From assembly GCA_965206845.1 (NCBI GenBank), contig OZ242221.1, positions 1,152,001 through 1,216,000 of the forward strand: a stretch of DNA of 64,000 nucleotides. The letters run 5' to 3'. A program made the position numbers and the translations under genes. The notes under the pieces were generated by a model. The model worked only from the letters and a program-made list of their open reading frames with translations. It was not told the DNA's origin and did no database searches. The DNA is from Cenarchaeum sp. Its GTDB lineage: Archaea > Thermoproteota > Nitrososphaeria > Nitrososphaerales > Nitrosopumilaceae. Shown here one piece after another: positions 39,187 to 49,705 of the stretch (within the stretch, counting starts at the first letter, position 1; the number at the start of each line of letters is the position of its first letter).

Positions 39187-40143
39187 TCATTTCAGGAACA
39201 TCCGTCCGTCGTTCTTTGTCCAGAGCCACTCGTCCTCTGGGTTGTGGTTCTCGATCTCCTGGAGGATGCCCTTGATTTTGGCGCTGATGTTGTCTATGTG
39301 GTGCAGCGCCACGGCCTCTGCAAACTTGGGCACTACCGGGGAGCCCCATTCCCGCTTGCCGTGGTGGCTCAGTATCATGTGGAGGATCTTCTGGCGCAGA
39401 ATCTCCGGAGTGCCTAACCTCTCCATCCTGTCGGCGACCATCTTGTAGCCTATGCTGATGTGGCCCAGCAGCTCCCCCTCCCTGGTAAAGCCAATGGTGG
39501 CCCCGATCTTGTATTCTACAACCTTCCCGATGTCGTGAAGGATGCACCCGGCAACAAGCAGACCGCGATCCAGTTCCGGATGAACAGCGACCACGCCGTT
39601 GGCCAAGTGCACCATGTCAAGCACATGCTCCAAGAGCCCGCCCGCATAGTTGTGATGGTGTATTATTGCAGCAGGGGCCTGCGCATACCTGTTGAAGAAC
39701 TCTGCATCCTCGACAAAGCTCGCCAGTAGCCTGTTCAGGTCGTGGTTGCCGATCTCCACAATAACCGATACAAGCTCTTTCTTCATCTCTTCAATGTCCC
39801 TAGTGGATGTCTTGAGAAAGTCCTTGGCGTCGTGCCCGCCCGATTTTGAGATTCTTCCAGCCGGGGGATTGATTGAAATCTGCGGCTTGTTCAGATATGA
39901 GCTGACTCTTCCATTGGTGACTTCGATGACATCCCCTTCGTCAAACGAGCGGTACACCTGGTTTACCTCCGTCTCGTTGCTTCCGCCCCAGTACTTGAGT
40001 TCGATCTCGCCCGTCCTGTCAGAGATATTTAGTACAAACGAGTATCCGTTCTTGTATGTTCGTGGAGCCTCCTTCTTTGTTACGCCAAAATGGGAATACA
40101 CACGATCCCCGTCCCTTAGATCGCCAACAAACTGCTTTTTCAT
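39187..40143 (-). CDS. YhaM/Cbf1-like 3'-5' exoribonuclease (OB fold + HD)
   Basis: N-terminal OB fold (SDRTGEI..KYW), APAA..HHH..GGLLEH, LHDIGK, LLGHI, SHHG..EWGSP. Confidence 0.88.
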   Translation of the reverse strand: MKKQFVGDLRDGDRVYSHFGVTKKEAPRTYKNGYSFVLNISDRTGEIELKYWGGSNETEVNQVYRSFDEGDVIEVTNGRVSSYLNKPQISINPPAGRISKSGGHDAKDFLKTSTRDIEEMKKELVSVIVEIGNHDLNRLLASFVEDAEFFNRYAQAPAAIIHHHNYAGGLLEHVLDMVHLANGVVAVHPELDRGLLVAGCILHDIGKVVEYKIGATIGFTREGELLGHISIGYKMVADRMERLGTPEILRQKILHMILSHHGKREWGSPVVPKFAEAVALHHIDNISAKIKGILQEIENHNPEDEWLWTKNDGRMFLK

Positions 40144-40297
40144 GATGTGGCTTGGCCTCTCTGATTTATTTTATTATCGGTTTGTGTGCGTGGATGCCTG
40201 CCTGCCAAGTCAGGCGCAGAGGTCTGCCAAGGCAAAGCGGAGCTGGCCCCCCCAGCCCATGGAATGCTAATAAATCCCCGTATGCCACACCGAACAG

Positions 40298-41926
40298 TTG
40301 CCCGAAAGTCACAGGAGTATAGTTGAGCAGAGCTACTCGTCTGCGCCCGCATACAAGGAGGTCATGGCGGGGCAGCCGGAGAACTACCGGGTGATCAAGA
40401 CCCTGGGGGACCTGCTGTCGGCAAACTACAAGGTGGTGAACTCTAGGGAACAGATGCGCAACAACCTGGCGTCCCTCCTGGGGTCGGGCCGGCAGGCATT
40501 CCCCGGGATTGTGGGGTACGACGACGACGTGCTGCCAGCCATGTGCCGATCCATCCTGGCAGGCCACGACATGCTCCTGATCGGGCAGATGGGGCAGGCC
40601 AAGACGCGGCTTGTGCAGACGGCAGCCGAGACGCTGCTCTCGCCCATGCCAGTCATTAGGCAGGGCCTCACCAACGACTGTCCCATGGACCTGCCGGCAC
40701 CGGAGCTGATCGCCCTGCTTGACGATACGGCACCCGAGAGGCCGAGCCCGAACTTCTTCATAAGCCCAGAGAGCGCGTCTGTGATCCGCGACAACGGGCT
40801 TGACACCCGCATATCCTGGGCAGACGGCTCCTCCAGGTTCCGGTACGTTCTGGCCACGCCGGACATATCGGTAAAGGACCTGGTGGGCTACATCGACGCC
40901 ATAAAGATCGCCAAGCAGGGAACAGAGATGTACAAGATCGAGTCCTACTCCCCCGGCCAGCTCATGCAGGCAAAGCACGGCGTTATATGCATCGACGAGC
41001 TGCCGGTGCTGGATCCGAGAAAGCAGGTGGCGCTGCTCTCCGTACTGCAGGAGGGCCGTTTCACCACCGGGGCGTATCCGGTAGTCTTTGAGCCCAGGAC
41101 GGTCTTCTTTGCGACCGCCAACCCCGTGGACTATACCCACTCCGGCAAGGTGATCGAGCCGCTCTACGACAGGCTGAAGAGCCACATCCACACGCACTAT
41201 CCGGGCACCGTGGAGGACGAGATGATGATAATCATGCAGGAGGCGCAGATATCGCAGGCGCGCGTCCCGGCCGTTGTGCTGCGCATGCTGGCGCAGGTGG
41301 TCCACAAGATGCGCGCGTCCCAGCAGATAAACCAGGAGCGGGGGGTGAGCGTAAGGCTGGGGATTCACGGCCTGGAGCTCCTGGCAGGCGAGGCCCACAG
41401 GTGCCGTGCGCCGCCACCCGGCGCCCCGCTGGTTCCGCGCCCCGCAGACATGTACTGCCTGGAGCAGGTGGCAAAGTTCGAGCTGACGGATCTTGACGAC
41501 GGCATATCTGCCAGACGCCAGGTCTTCTCTGACCTGCTGGCAGAGTCGATGCGGGACGCCTGCCTTGAGGTTCTCTCGGGAGCGGAGAAGGCCCAGCTCG
41601 AGTCCGTCGGCGCAGAGTTTGCGGACAGGACCTTTCACGTGTCACAGCAGATGCGGTGGAGCGGCGCCGCGTCCTACGAGTCCCAGCTGGCAGACTTTGG
41701 GGCGCTGCGTAGCCTGGTGCACTCGTGCAGGGACGCCTTTGTGTCATACCAGGAGGATACGGCCGCAAGGGCCGCAAGGCACGGCATAGGGGGCGATCCG
41801 CTTGCCTTTCCTCCCGAGTGCCAGTCCGAGCTGCTTTCTGTGCTTGTGGAGATGGTGCTTGAGGGCCTCCGCTGGTCGACGCCCAAGATTCTGGAGAGAA
41901 GGGATGCCGGATACGTCTCGGCCTAG
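40298..41926 (+). CDS. MoxR/Mg-chelatase-like AAA+ ATPase
   Basis: Walker A variant GQMGQAKT, Walker B CIDE, ATANP.DYT, L.DR. Confidence 0.85.
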   Translation: MPESHRSIVEQSYSSAPAYKEVMAGQPENYRVIKTLGDLLSANYKVVNSREQMRNNLASLLGSGRQAFPGIVGYDDDVLPAMCRSILAGHDMLLIGQMGQAKTRLVQTAAETLLSPMPVIRQGLTNDCPMDLPAPELIALLDDTAPERPSPNFFISPESASVIRDNGLDTRISWADGSSRFRYVLATPDISVKDLVGYIDAIKIAKQGTEMYKIESYSPGQLMQAKHGVICIDELPVLDPRKQVALLSVLQEGRFTTGAYPVVFEPRTVFFATANPVDYTHSGKVIEPLYDRLKSHIHTHYPGTVEDEMMIIMQEAQISQARVPAVVLRMLAQVVHKMRASQQINQERGVSVRLGIHGLELLAGEAHRCRAPPPGAPLVPRPADMYCLEQVAKFELTDLDDGISARRQVFSDLLAESMRDACLEVLSGAEKAQLESVGAEFADRTFHVSQQMRWSGAASYESQLADFGALRSLVHSCRDAFVSYQEDTAARAARHGIGGDPLAFPPECQSELLSVLVEMVLEGLRWSTPKILERRDAGYVSA

Positions 41927-43244
41927 AGTGAAGAACCTGGTGTACTTTGCCAGTGGTAGAAAGGCGCAGCCAAAGCAGGGCCCTTCCCAGGAGGAGCTCC
42001 GCCACATACTTGAGACCGTGGGGCGGCAGGCCGTCAGGGAGCGGGCACCGGACCTGAAGGAGCTGGAGTCGATACTGCAGGACTCGCTCCGCCGGTTCCA
42101 GGACGGGCAGGAGGCCGAGTCCCGGGAGCTGGATCACGGCGACGGCTCGGCCTCGATCACAAAGATGCTCCAGGACCGCGGCTACCTCCGGAACAAGAAA
42201 AAGTGGCTTACCGACGCGGGGTTCCTCCTCATCGGCTCCAAGATACTCAGGGACGCCCTGAGGGACATGGGCGCAGGGGATCCTGGCCTGCACGAGACCA
42301 GGTTCCGCGGCGACGGCGACACCACCATCGACACCACGAAGAGGTTCGAGCCCGGCGACGACATCGCGCACCTGAACGTGCCCACAACCCTGCTCAACTC
42401 CGTCCTGCGGCTGGAGAGGGGGCGCGGCCGGGTGGACTTTCCGGTGGAGATCCTGCCGGAGGACCTGGAGGAGTCCGAGCGGCTGGATGACGTCAGGACC
42501 GCCATCGTGTACTGCATCGACCTCAGCTCCACCATGCGGTACAACCTGGCCGACGGCATGAGCAGGATCGAGGCCGCCAAGAGGGCGCTCTGGAGCCTGT
42601 ATGCCATGAACAGGAGGTTCTTTCCCAGCGACTCGGTCTCTGTAGTGGGCTTTGCGTCGATGGCATCCGTGGTGAAACCCCAGGACATCCCGTACCTCAA
42701 GACGTATGATGCCGGTGACGGCTTTCTCCACTATACCAACTACCAGGGCGCCCTGCACCTTGCAGGCAGGATACTCCGCAGGACGGCCGCCCGGAACAGG
42801 AGAATCGTCCTGATAACCGACGGGCAGCCGTCGGCGTGCTTTGTGGAGAACGAGCAGCAGAAGAGCGCGATAGTGTCCGAGAAGCCCTACTCGAACTTTT
42901 ACTCTGTTGATGGCGCCCTGCTGGCCAAGGTCAGGCGCGAGAAGGACATAAGGCTGGATGCCCGCCCCGGCAGGCTGGTGTACCTCTGCTACAGGTACAG
43001 GAAGGTGGATGCCCGCATAAGCCACCAAACGCTGCAGGAGGCCAAGAGGTGCCTGGGGGAGGGCATCAGCATCGACTCCATAGTGATCAGCGACGAGACC
43101 GAGCTGCTGGACTACATCCGGGGGTTTGAGGCGGCCCTCCACGGCAGGACGTACCACATCCAGGACTCCGGCATGAGCCGGGTCCTGATCGCAGACTATA
43201 TCTCCAACACCAGAAGAATTTTAAGATCCACGCAGAACCTGTGA
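41904..43244 (+). CDS. von Willebrand factor A domain protein
   Basis: MIDAS DLSSTM, TNYQ.AL, LITDGQP; overlaps the ATPase stop. Confidence 0.85.
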   Translation: MPDTSRPRVKNLVYFASGRKAQPKQGPSQEELRHILETVGRQAVRERAPDLKELESILQDSLRRFQDGQEAESRELDHGDGSASITKMLQDRGYLRNKKKWLTDAGFLLIGSKILRDALRDMGAGDPGLHETRFRGDGDTTIDTTKRFEPGDDIAHLNVPTTLLNSVLRLERGRGRVDFPVEILPEDLEESERLDDVRTAIVYCIDLSSTMRYNLADGMSRIEAAKRALWSLYAMNRRFFPSDSVSVVGFASMASVVKPQDIPYLKTYDAGDGFLHYTNYQGALHLAGRILRRTAARNRRIVLITDGQPSACFVENEQQKSAIVSEKPYSNFYSVDGALLAKVRREKDIRLDARPGRLVYLCYRYRKVDARISHQTLQEAKRCLGEGISIDSIVISDETELLDYIRGFEAALHGRTYHIQDSGMSRVLIADYISNTRRILRSTQNL

Positions 43245-43247
43245 CAC

Positions 43248-43553
43248 ATGGAATACGACGCAGAGAAGATCGTGGCGTGCATGTTTGATCCCGTCACCTC
43301 TGAGATAATGGCCATGCTGGAGCACGGCCCCAGAGCGCTGTCGCAGCTGGCAGAGGACTCGGGGGTGTCCTCTGATGCGGTGCTTGAGCAGCTCTCATAC
43401 CTTGTGCAGCACGGCTTTGTCATCAAGACCGTGGAGGGTTCGGCCGTCATGATATCTGCAGATGCAGAGAAGCTCGCATCTGCCATTGAGGGCAGCGGAA
43501 GCTTTGACGGCGCGGTGGACGGCCTTGAGACGATGGACAGCTACCTCAACTGA
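43248..43553 (+). CDS. ArsR-like winged-helix protein
   Basis: DPV..EI...L.HGP..LS.LA..G.S...V..L..L...GFV pattern. Confidence 0.6.
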   Translation: MEYDAEKIVACMFDPVTSEIMAMLEHGPRALSQLAEDSGVSSDAVLEQLSYLVQHGFVIKTVEGSAVMISADAEKLASAIEGSGSFDGAVDGLETMDSYLN

Positions 43554-44041
43554 CGCTTTCTCTTTATCGCGTATATGGTCATCACGACCATGGCGGCAAG
43601 GCCTGCCAGCAGGATGTAGAACCCGGTGAACCCTATCGAGAACGCCTCCGTGCCGGGCATGTGGCCTAGCAGGGCCACCACCTCGGTCGCCTGGCCCGTG
43701 TTGCTGATGGTCAGAGTGTACGGGCCGGCATCTGTAATCTCAAACCTGGACTCGTAGGAGTCGCGGTCGATGTCCGTCTTCTCTATCTGGGTGCCCAGGG
43801 GATCCGCTATGTTGGCAGAGACCTGTGAGCCCTCAAGGCTCATGACCTGCACGACATACACGGCGGTGCCGGCCACCCCGGGATCCAGCTCCACCGTAAT
43901 CCTCATGGATTGCTCGGGGCCTGCGATCCCGGTCTCGGTGATCAGTCCCTCGGTGACCACCTGCGATCCGTAAAACGACAGGACCAGACCCACAGCCAGG
44001 AGCCCCGTTGCCGTCAACAGCATAACTGGCAGCTTGTTCAC
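43541..44041 (-). CDS. Hypothetical membrane protein (N- and C-terminal TM helices)
   Basis: Two hydrophobic segments around a beta-rich domain; TTTATA box near 44068 fits GTG 44041. Confidence 0.7.
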   Translation of the reverse strand: MNKLPVMLLTATGLLAVGLVLSFYGSQVVTEGLITETGIAGPEQSMRITVELDPGVAGTAVYVVQVMSLEGSQVSANIADPLGTQIEKTDIDRDSYESRFEITDAGPYTLTISNTGQATEVVALLGHMPGTEAFSIGFTGFYILLAGLAAMVVMTIYAIKRKRQLR

Positions 44042-44100
44042 GGGTAGGAGATGGCACCACGCCAATATAAAGCGCCAAATGCGGCCAGTCCCGCATGTCC

Positions 44101-45264
44101 CTAGACTAGGATGCTGGTCAGGTACATGACCAGCATGCCAACGGCAATGCCTGCCACCACCGGGGCGCCCGAGAGACTGCTGTCTTTCTCACTTCGCATC
44201 CACTTGAGCATTATCACGATGACTTGGAAGATGGCGCCGGCCCCCACGGACAGGAAGATTACGGTGGCAAAGGGCGAGTACGCAAAGCCCCCCGCCCAGG
44301 CGCCAAAGATCGCCGGGGTTCCGGCGATGGCCGCCATCAGGCCCAGCCGGATTATCGGCGCCTTTGTCCGCGACAGGGGGGCGGCGATGGCAAGCCCCTC
44401 GGTGGTGTTGTGCAGCGCAAAGCCCACTATGAGAAACGCCGAGAAGGCGGCAGAGCCCAGCCCGACGGCGGCCCCTATCGCAAGCCCCTCGCCAAAGTTG
44501 TGCAGCCCGATTCCCACGGCCACCATCAGCGCCATCGCGGCCGGCTGGATGGCTCCCTTCCCGGCCAGGCGGCCGGCGCTGTAGTACAGCCCCATAAAGG
44601 CGAGCACCACGACGGTGGCCACAAGCAGGGCCCCGTTGAAGCTGCCTGCGAGGTTCTGACCTGCCACGTCCAGCGCCTCCTCTATGGAGTCGATTCCCAG
44701 AAAGAGCAGCAGGCCGGCCGTCAGCGCAAGAAAGAACCGGTACTTGTCCCTTGATATCCTCCTGATGAAGGGCAGCCACAGCATTCCGATCACCACGGGA
44801 ATCACCCCCACGTACGTGCCGATGACGGCAAACGTGGCGGCCAGGCCCCACCCGGGCTCCAGAACCGGAGCCGCGGACTGGATCTGCCTCTCAAACCGCG
44901 TTCCGTCGTCTGTGGTGATCCCCACCGTGTAGGGCTCCCCCACGTTCCACGCAAAGGGTACCCTGACCACCGCCGTCTCGTATCGCTCTAGGAAGCGGTC
45001 CGGCTCTATGGCCGCCGGCTGTATCCGGTCGTTGATGTCGGCTACGGCTATGCTCACAGCCATCGGGCCCGTGTTGCGGATCGTGGCCCGGATCTCCGAG
45101 TCCGCAAAGTCGACCCGCTCTATCGTTATCTCCGGAAGCGGCTCGCCCAAGTCAAACAGGTTGGATCCCGGTCCGGAGACGTACGCTATCAGAACCGCCA
45201 CGAGAAGGAGCGGCACCGCTCCGCTGGCTACCAGCTTTGCCCCTGACGCCCCGCCGCCCGGCAA
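44101..45264 (-). CDS. ZIP family divalent metal transporter with N-terminal extracellular domain
   Basis: LHNFGEGLAIG and LHNTTEGLA. Confidence 0.9.
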   Translation of the reverse strand: MPGGGASGAKLVASGAVPLLLVAVLIAYVSGPGSNLFDLGEPLPEITIERVDFADSEIRATIRNTGPMAVSIAVADINDRIQPAAIEPDRFLERYETAVVRVPFAWNVGEPYTVGITTDDGTRFERQIQSAAPVLEPGWGLAATFAVIGTYVGVIPVVIGMLWLPFIRRISRDKYRFFLALTAGLLLFLGIDSIEEALDVAGQNLAGSFNGALLVATVVVLAFMGLYYSAGRLAGKGAIQPAAMALMVAVGIGLHNFGEGLAIGAAVGLGSAAFSAFLIVGFALHNTTEGLAIAAPLSRTKAPIIRLGLMAAIAGTPAIFGAWAGGFAYSPFATVIFLSVGAGAIFQVIVIMLKWMRSEKDSSLSGAPVVAGIAVGMLVMYLTSILV

Positions 45265-45265
45265 G

Positions 45266-46294
45266 TCATGCCTCCGGCTCTTTCACCAGGAATGTGCCTG
45301 TCCATCCCTTCTCAGAGAACTCCACCTTGTGCGCGTGGAACAGGTACTTGCCGGGAAACTGGTACTCGAACTCCAGTATTCCCCTCTCGGTCTGCGACAA
45401 CGTGATCATATCCGTGTAGAACGACGGCACGGTGTCTGTTCCCGTGGGGTAGTAGTGGTATAGGTTGCCGTGCAGGTGCAGGTTGTTTATTGAGTCAAAC
45501 TCGACCATGTTCACCACGTACACCCTGATCAGCTCGTCGGCATTGATCTGAATCGGGTGGTGCTGGTAGTAGAACGGAATCGTGTTTGCCGCGTAAAAGT
45601 TGTTCTCCAGGTCAAAGTCCGTGTCCATGGCGTTCAGGACCATCACCATCTCGTCTGCCGGCGGCCGCGGCTCTGCGGGATCCACAATGTACACGCCGTA
45701 CAGTCCGTGGGCAATGTGCTCCTCTAGCGGCATCACATGGCAGTGGTACGGGTGGACCCCGACGGGATCCGCCACAAACTCGTATGTGAACCGCCCGCCT
45801 CCGCCTCCCACGATCTCAAAGACACCGTCCATGACGGCGGTGTGGATTCCGTGAAAGTGCATCGTGTGGGACTTGGAGCCGTTGTTGATGAAGTGTATCC
45901 TTACCAGGTCGCCCTCAGTAGCCCTTATGGTCGGGCCGGGCACCGTCCCGTTGAACGTCCACACATTGAAGAAGACGCCGGGGGAGATCTCCTGCACCAG
46001 GTGATCCTCTGCCACTATGGTAAACTCCCGCAGCGTCGTGCCGTCCTCCATTATGGACGTCTTGCCGTAGTGAAATTCCCTGAGGAACTGGCTGGGATCA
46101 AACTCCACCTCCGATACGGCGTACATCGGATCCAGGACATCGCCGGTGGTTTTTATCACCCCGCCCGAGTGGGTAAAGAACGTCTTCTCTTGGTCCTGCG
46201 CCTCAGATGCCGGGGCCAGAACAAAGAGCAGTGAGCCGGCAGCAGCTGCCGCAAGCACCGTAACCATCATGGTCGATGTCTTGGTGTTCCTCAA
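45266..46294 (-). CDS. Two-domain multicopper oxidase
   Basis: PGPTIR, HTMHFHG, YHCH....H...G, LHLHG, FHAH; signal peptide. Confidence 0.9.
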   Translation of the reverse strand: MRNTKTSTMMVTVLAAAAAGSLLFVLAPASEAQDQEKTFFTHSGGVIKTTGDVLDPMYAVSEVEFDPSQFLREFHYGKTSIMEDGTTLREFTIVAEDHLVQEISPGVFFNVWTFNGTVPGPTIRATEGDLVRIHFINNGSKSHTMHFHGIHTAVMDGVFEIVGGGGGRFTYEFVADPVGVHPYHCHVMPLEEHIAHGLYGVYIVDPAEPRPPADEMVMVLNAMDTDFDLENNFYAANTIPFYYQHHPIQINADELIRVYVVNMVEFDSINNLHLHGNLYHYYPTGTDTVPSFYTDMITLSQTERGILEFEYQFPGKYLFHAHKVEFSEKGWTGTFLVKEPEA

Positions 46295-46328
46295 GTCATC
46301 TGTATTGTGCCGCCCGTTTATATAAAAT

Positions 46329-46361
46329 TTAGCCTAGTCTAACTTTTTTGCACATGGCTAA
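46329..46361. promoter_or_regulatory. DtxR/MntR-like operator pair next to the MCO TATA box
   Basis: TTAG-CCTAGT-CTAA at 46329-46342 and imperfect TTGC-ACATGG-CTAA at 46348-46361; TATA at ~46317-46326. Confidence 0.6.
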
Positions 46362-46510
46362 TTTTTGCCGGGCATAAACGCAGCATCTGGCTGCCTGCCT
46401 ACGCGGTACTGGGGATATGCACCCGAGGGATCCCTTGCGCTCGGCCAGCATGCTGCACCGTGCGGCACAGTATTGTTATCTACCAGAAGGATCAACCAAT
46501 ACCCGTGAGG

Positions 46511-49500
46511 ATGTTAGTCGTGTCGCTTGTGCTGCTGGCGTCCCTTGCCGTGCCGGCGGCGTCGGCCCAGCAGTCAAACGACCACCTGTACGTCTCAGCG
46601 GAGAGCAACACCTTTGGGAACAGCTTTGCCGGCTCCGTGGTAGTCGAGGTGATCGTCCGGGATCCGCTAAAGCAGGACATAAGCCAGCGCGTGGGCGAGC
46701 CCGAGGTAACAGTAGACGAGCGCCGCCTGAAGATGGTCCAGGGGACAAACGGCAACTGGTATGCATACTTTGCCGACGTGGATGCGGCGCTGGCGGCAGA
46801 CGGGATTGCCGGAGGCGCGCCGGGCGAGGGGCTGGACTTTGGCATGTTCTGCGGCCCGGCTACCGACATGACGGTTCTGGGAATGGACATATCGCGTACC
46901 GAGGGCGTGGCGGTTCCCGGCATGGGGCTGGAAGGGCCGTTTGGCGGCGGGGGCGACATACCGCCCTGCACCGAACAATTTGTGCCATCACAAGCAAGCA
47001 ACGTGGTCCGGAACCCCAGATCAATCGTTGACGGCCAGATCGAACCCGATGCGTGGCCTATTGTGCAGCTCTTCTCCCTTGATGACGACGTGGAGGTGTG
47101 GTACGGGAGGTACACCGGGGCGGAGACGGTCAGCCTGCGGTACGGCAGCGTATCTGGCATCTCCATGGTCTTTGACCGCGAGTCGTACCCCGCGGGCGCC
47201 GAGGTGATTCTTGAGGTGAGCGATGCGCAGCTGAACCAGGATCCGACCTCCCGGGACTCGTGGAGCTTTGGTGTGAGCCGGCCCCAGGCCACGTTCTACA
47301 TGGCCTTTGATGAGGACGGCAACAGGGCAGCCGACGGCGGCCTGGGCCTGGTAAACCTGGCCGCCAGCCTGCCGCGCTTGGGATTTGAGGACAACGGCAT
47401 CCTGTCCATGGACGAGAACCCCGTCATCCTCCTGAAGACAAACGACCACCAGCCGGCCACCTCCGTCACCGACGGATCCACCGTCTACCGCGACATAGTC
47501 ACCCTGCTTGAGACGCGCCCAAACTCTGGGGTCTTCTCCAGCTACGGCTCCAAGATGTCTGTGATCGGCACTGCACATGGTGCCCCCCGCAACAACGTGG
47601 CCAACTTTGAGTACAACGACGAGAACACCTCGGTTCTGTCCGGCACGTCGCCCGCCTCACTTGAGGTGGTCTCCACGCTCCGGCCCGGAACCTCGATTCC
47701 GGTGCGCATCACAGATGTGGATCAGAACACGGACTCGCAGAGGCGCGACACCCTGGACGTCTTTAGGAGCTCTGCCATAATCCCGACGATGCGCCTGGAG
47801 AGTCCGGTGACGCTGGCATCGGCCTCAGATGCGCGCCTTTATGCGTCTGCTGACTCCTATTCCCCGTCACTTGACCTGGACCGGAACTCCGACCGGCTCC
47901 TTGTGGACTCGAGGCGGGCTCCAGACGGCTTTGTCTTTGATACTCTCTCGCTACGGCTTGGCGTGTCGGCAGAGGACCTTGCGGACTCGCTCATTGATGT
48001 CCGGGAGCCGCGGTCCCGTGGAACCAACTGGTTCAACTATGACCTGCGGTCCCTTTCCCAGCTGGGTCTTGACCTTTCACAGACTGCCGCACGCCTGTAC
48101 GCCGGACTGGACGACGGCTCGCCGGTGACGATACTGGAGCGGGACGGTTCATCCGGACAGGGGCTTGTGCGGATCCAGGATGGCGCCGTGGTCGCGCTGG
48201 CCTCAAAGTCCGGCGACCTGTACCTTGTGTTTGACTTTGACTCACAGGGTAACGGGGTCCGTGGAGTCATCTCCAACGAGACGGACGTGCAGCCCATAGT
48301 GTCTGACTTTTTCTCCTTTGGCATCAAGGATAGCGAGAGCGTCGGCAGCGCGATCTACCGGTTCGAGCTGGAGGAGACCGAGACCGACTCGGGCGTCTTT
48401 GCAGGTACCGTCGAGTATGCGGTGCCCAACCAGCTCAACGTGGACGATCCGGACCTGATAAGGTCGCTGCGGGTCATAGACGAAGATGTAAGGTTCCTGG
48501 CAACAGGCAGGGTATCGGCAGATGACATCCGAATAACCTACCAGGATGCCCAGGGCTCGGGTACGGTGCAGCAGTCGATCTCCGCCTTTGACGGGCCGCC
48601 CCCGGACGTGACCCACTCCGGCTCGGTAAGCCTTGACGGCGCCCCGTTCCGCTTTGGCCGGGATGTGGTGGTCAGGCTGTACGATCCGGACCTCAACACG
48701 GGACACGACAGCATCGAGGTGTACCGGGTGGTGAACGATCCCGCATCACAGTTTGTGGATACGGTGGGCGACACCCGGGGCGGACTGCTGCTGGACGTCC
48801 TGCTCAAGGGCGTGCGGTACCAGCGCTGCACCGTGGCAGGCGAGGCCCACGGCGGTTTGGGATCTACGAACTTTGCGCTGGTGGAGACCGCGCCCGGCTC
48901 GGGAACCTTTGAGGGCCGCTTCAAGCTGCCTACTTGGATATGCAACGAGGCCGGGACCGGGCTGATGTCCACTGCAGGGGGCAGCGTGGTGGCGTTCTAC
49001 CACGACTACCAGGACGACTCTGGTCATCCAAACGTCTTTACGACCAAGACGGCGAGTGCCGAGCGTGCGGTACCAATGCCGCGGCTGGATGCCCTGGAGC
49101 TTGAGGTGCCGCCTCCATGGCAGTCTGCCACGAACACCATACGCGGCGTGATACCCGACTATCGGCGCGGGGCCGTAGTGGATGTTACAGTAACCGATCC
49201 CGCGGGTCTGGCGCAGACCTGGCATGTGCTGCCATCAGGACAGGGGGCCTATCAGGCGCCTGTTGCCATCGGTCCGGGGGCCAATCTCGGAACATACATG
49301 GTCACTGTGCGCTATCTGGGTGCCGTGATCGGCGAGCTCTTCTTTGATGTGACAGAGGAGAGGATGCCCTCCTGGATGAGGGATCTTGCCGGTCAGTGGG
49401 CGCAAGATCGGGCCTCCGATGACGAGTTTGCCGCGGGAATAGGATACCTGATAGAGAAGGGCGTGCTGCCAGAACTCCCGCAGGACGGCGCGCAGCAGGT

Positions 49501-49612
49501 GCCCCGGTGGGTAAAGCAGGTTGCCAGCTGGTGGGCCCAGGGTGACATTACGGATGACGAGTTTGTCGGGTCGCTGCAGTTCCTTATCGCATCCGGCGTA
49601 GTCCGGGTGTGA
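46511..49612 (+). CDS. Large secreted S-layer-related protein with two C-terminal PxW.. thaumarchaeal repeats
   Basis: Signal peptide; DPDLN and ETETDSGVF motifs as in 3-3050; PSWMR..W..DDEF and PRWVK..WW..ITDDEF. Confidence 0.75.
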   Translation: MLVVSLVLLASLAVPAASAQQSNDHLYVSAESNTFGNSFAGSVVVEVIVRDPLKQDISQRVGEPEVTVDERRLKMVQGTNGNWYAYFADVDAALAADGIAGGAPGEGLDFGMFCGPATDMTVLGMDISRTEGVAVPGMGLEGPFGGGGDIPPCTEQFVPSQASNVVRNPRSIVDGQIEPDAWPIVQLFSLDDDVEVWYGRYTGAETVSLRYGSVSGISMVFDRESYPAGAEVILEVSDAQLNQDPTSRDSWSFGVSRPQATFYMAFDEDGNRAADGGLGLVNLAASLPRLGFEDNGILSMDENPVILLKTNDHQPATSVTDGSTVYRDIVTLLETRPNSGVFSSYGSKMSVIGTAHGAPRNNVANFEYNDENTSVLSGTSPASLEVVSTLRPGTSIPVRITDVDQNTDSQRRDTLDVFRSSAIIPTMRLESPVTLASASDARLYASADSYSPSLDLDRNSDRLLVDSRRAPDGFVFDTLSLRLGVSAEDLADSLIDVREPRSRGTNWFNYDLRSLSQLGLDLSQTAARLYAGLDDGSPVTILERDGSSGQGLVRIQDGAVVALASKSGDLYLVFDFDSQGNGVRGVISNETDVQPIVSDFFSFGIKDSESVGSAIYRFELEETETDSGVFAGTVEYAVPNQLNVDDPDLIRSLRVIDEDVRFLATGRVSADDIRITYQDAQGSGTVQQSISAFDGPPPDVTHSGSVSLDGAPFRFGRDVVVRLYDPDLNTGHDSIEVYRVVNDPASQFVDTVGDTRGGLLLDVLLKGVRYQRCTVAGEAHGGLGSTNFALVETAPGSGTFEGRFKLPTWICNEAGTGLMSTAGGSVVAFYHDYQDDSGHPNVFTTKTASAERAVPMPRLDALELEVPPPWQSATNTIRGVIPDYRRGAVVDVTVTDPAGLAQTWHVLPSGQGAYQAPVAIGPGANLGTYMVTVRYLGAVIGELFFDVTEERMPSWMRDLAGQWAQDRASDDEFAAGIGYLIEKGVLPELPQDGAQQVPRWVKQVASWWAQGDITDDEFVGSLQFLIASGVVRV

Positions 49613-49705
49613 CGGTTGCGTCCTGAATAACATTTTCAGACAACAAAGTCAGCTTTTCTTCTACCTACCACATTAAATACACTTGCCATGTGAAAAAATC
49701 AGTAA

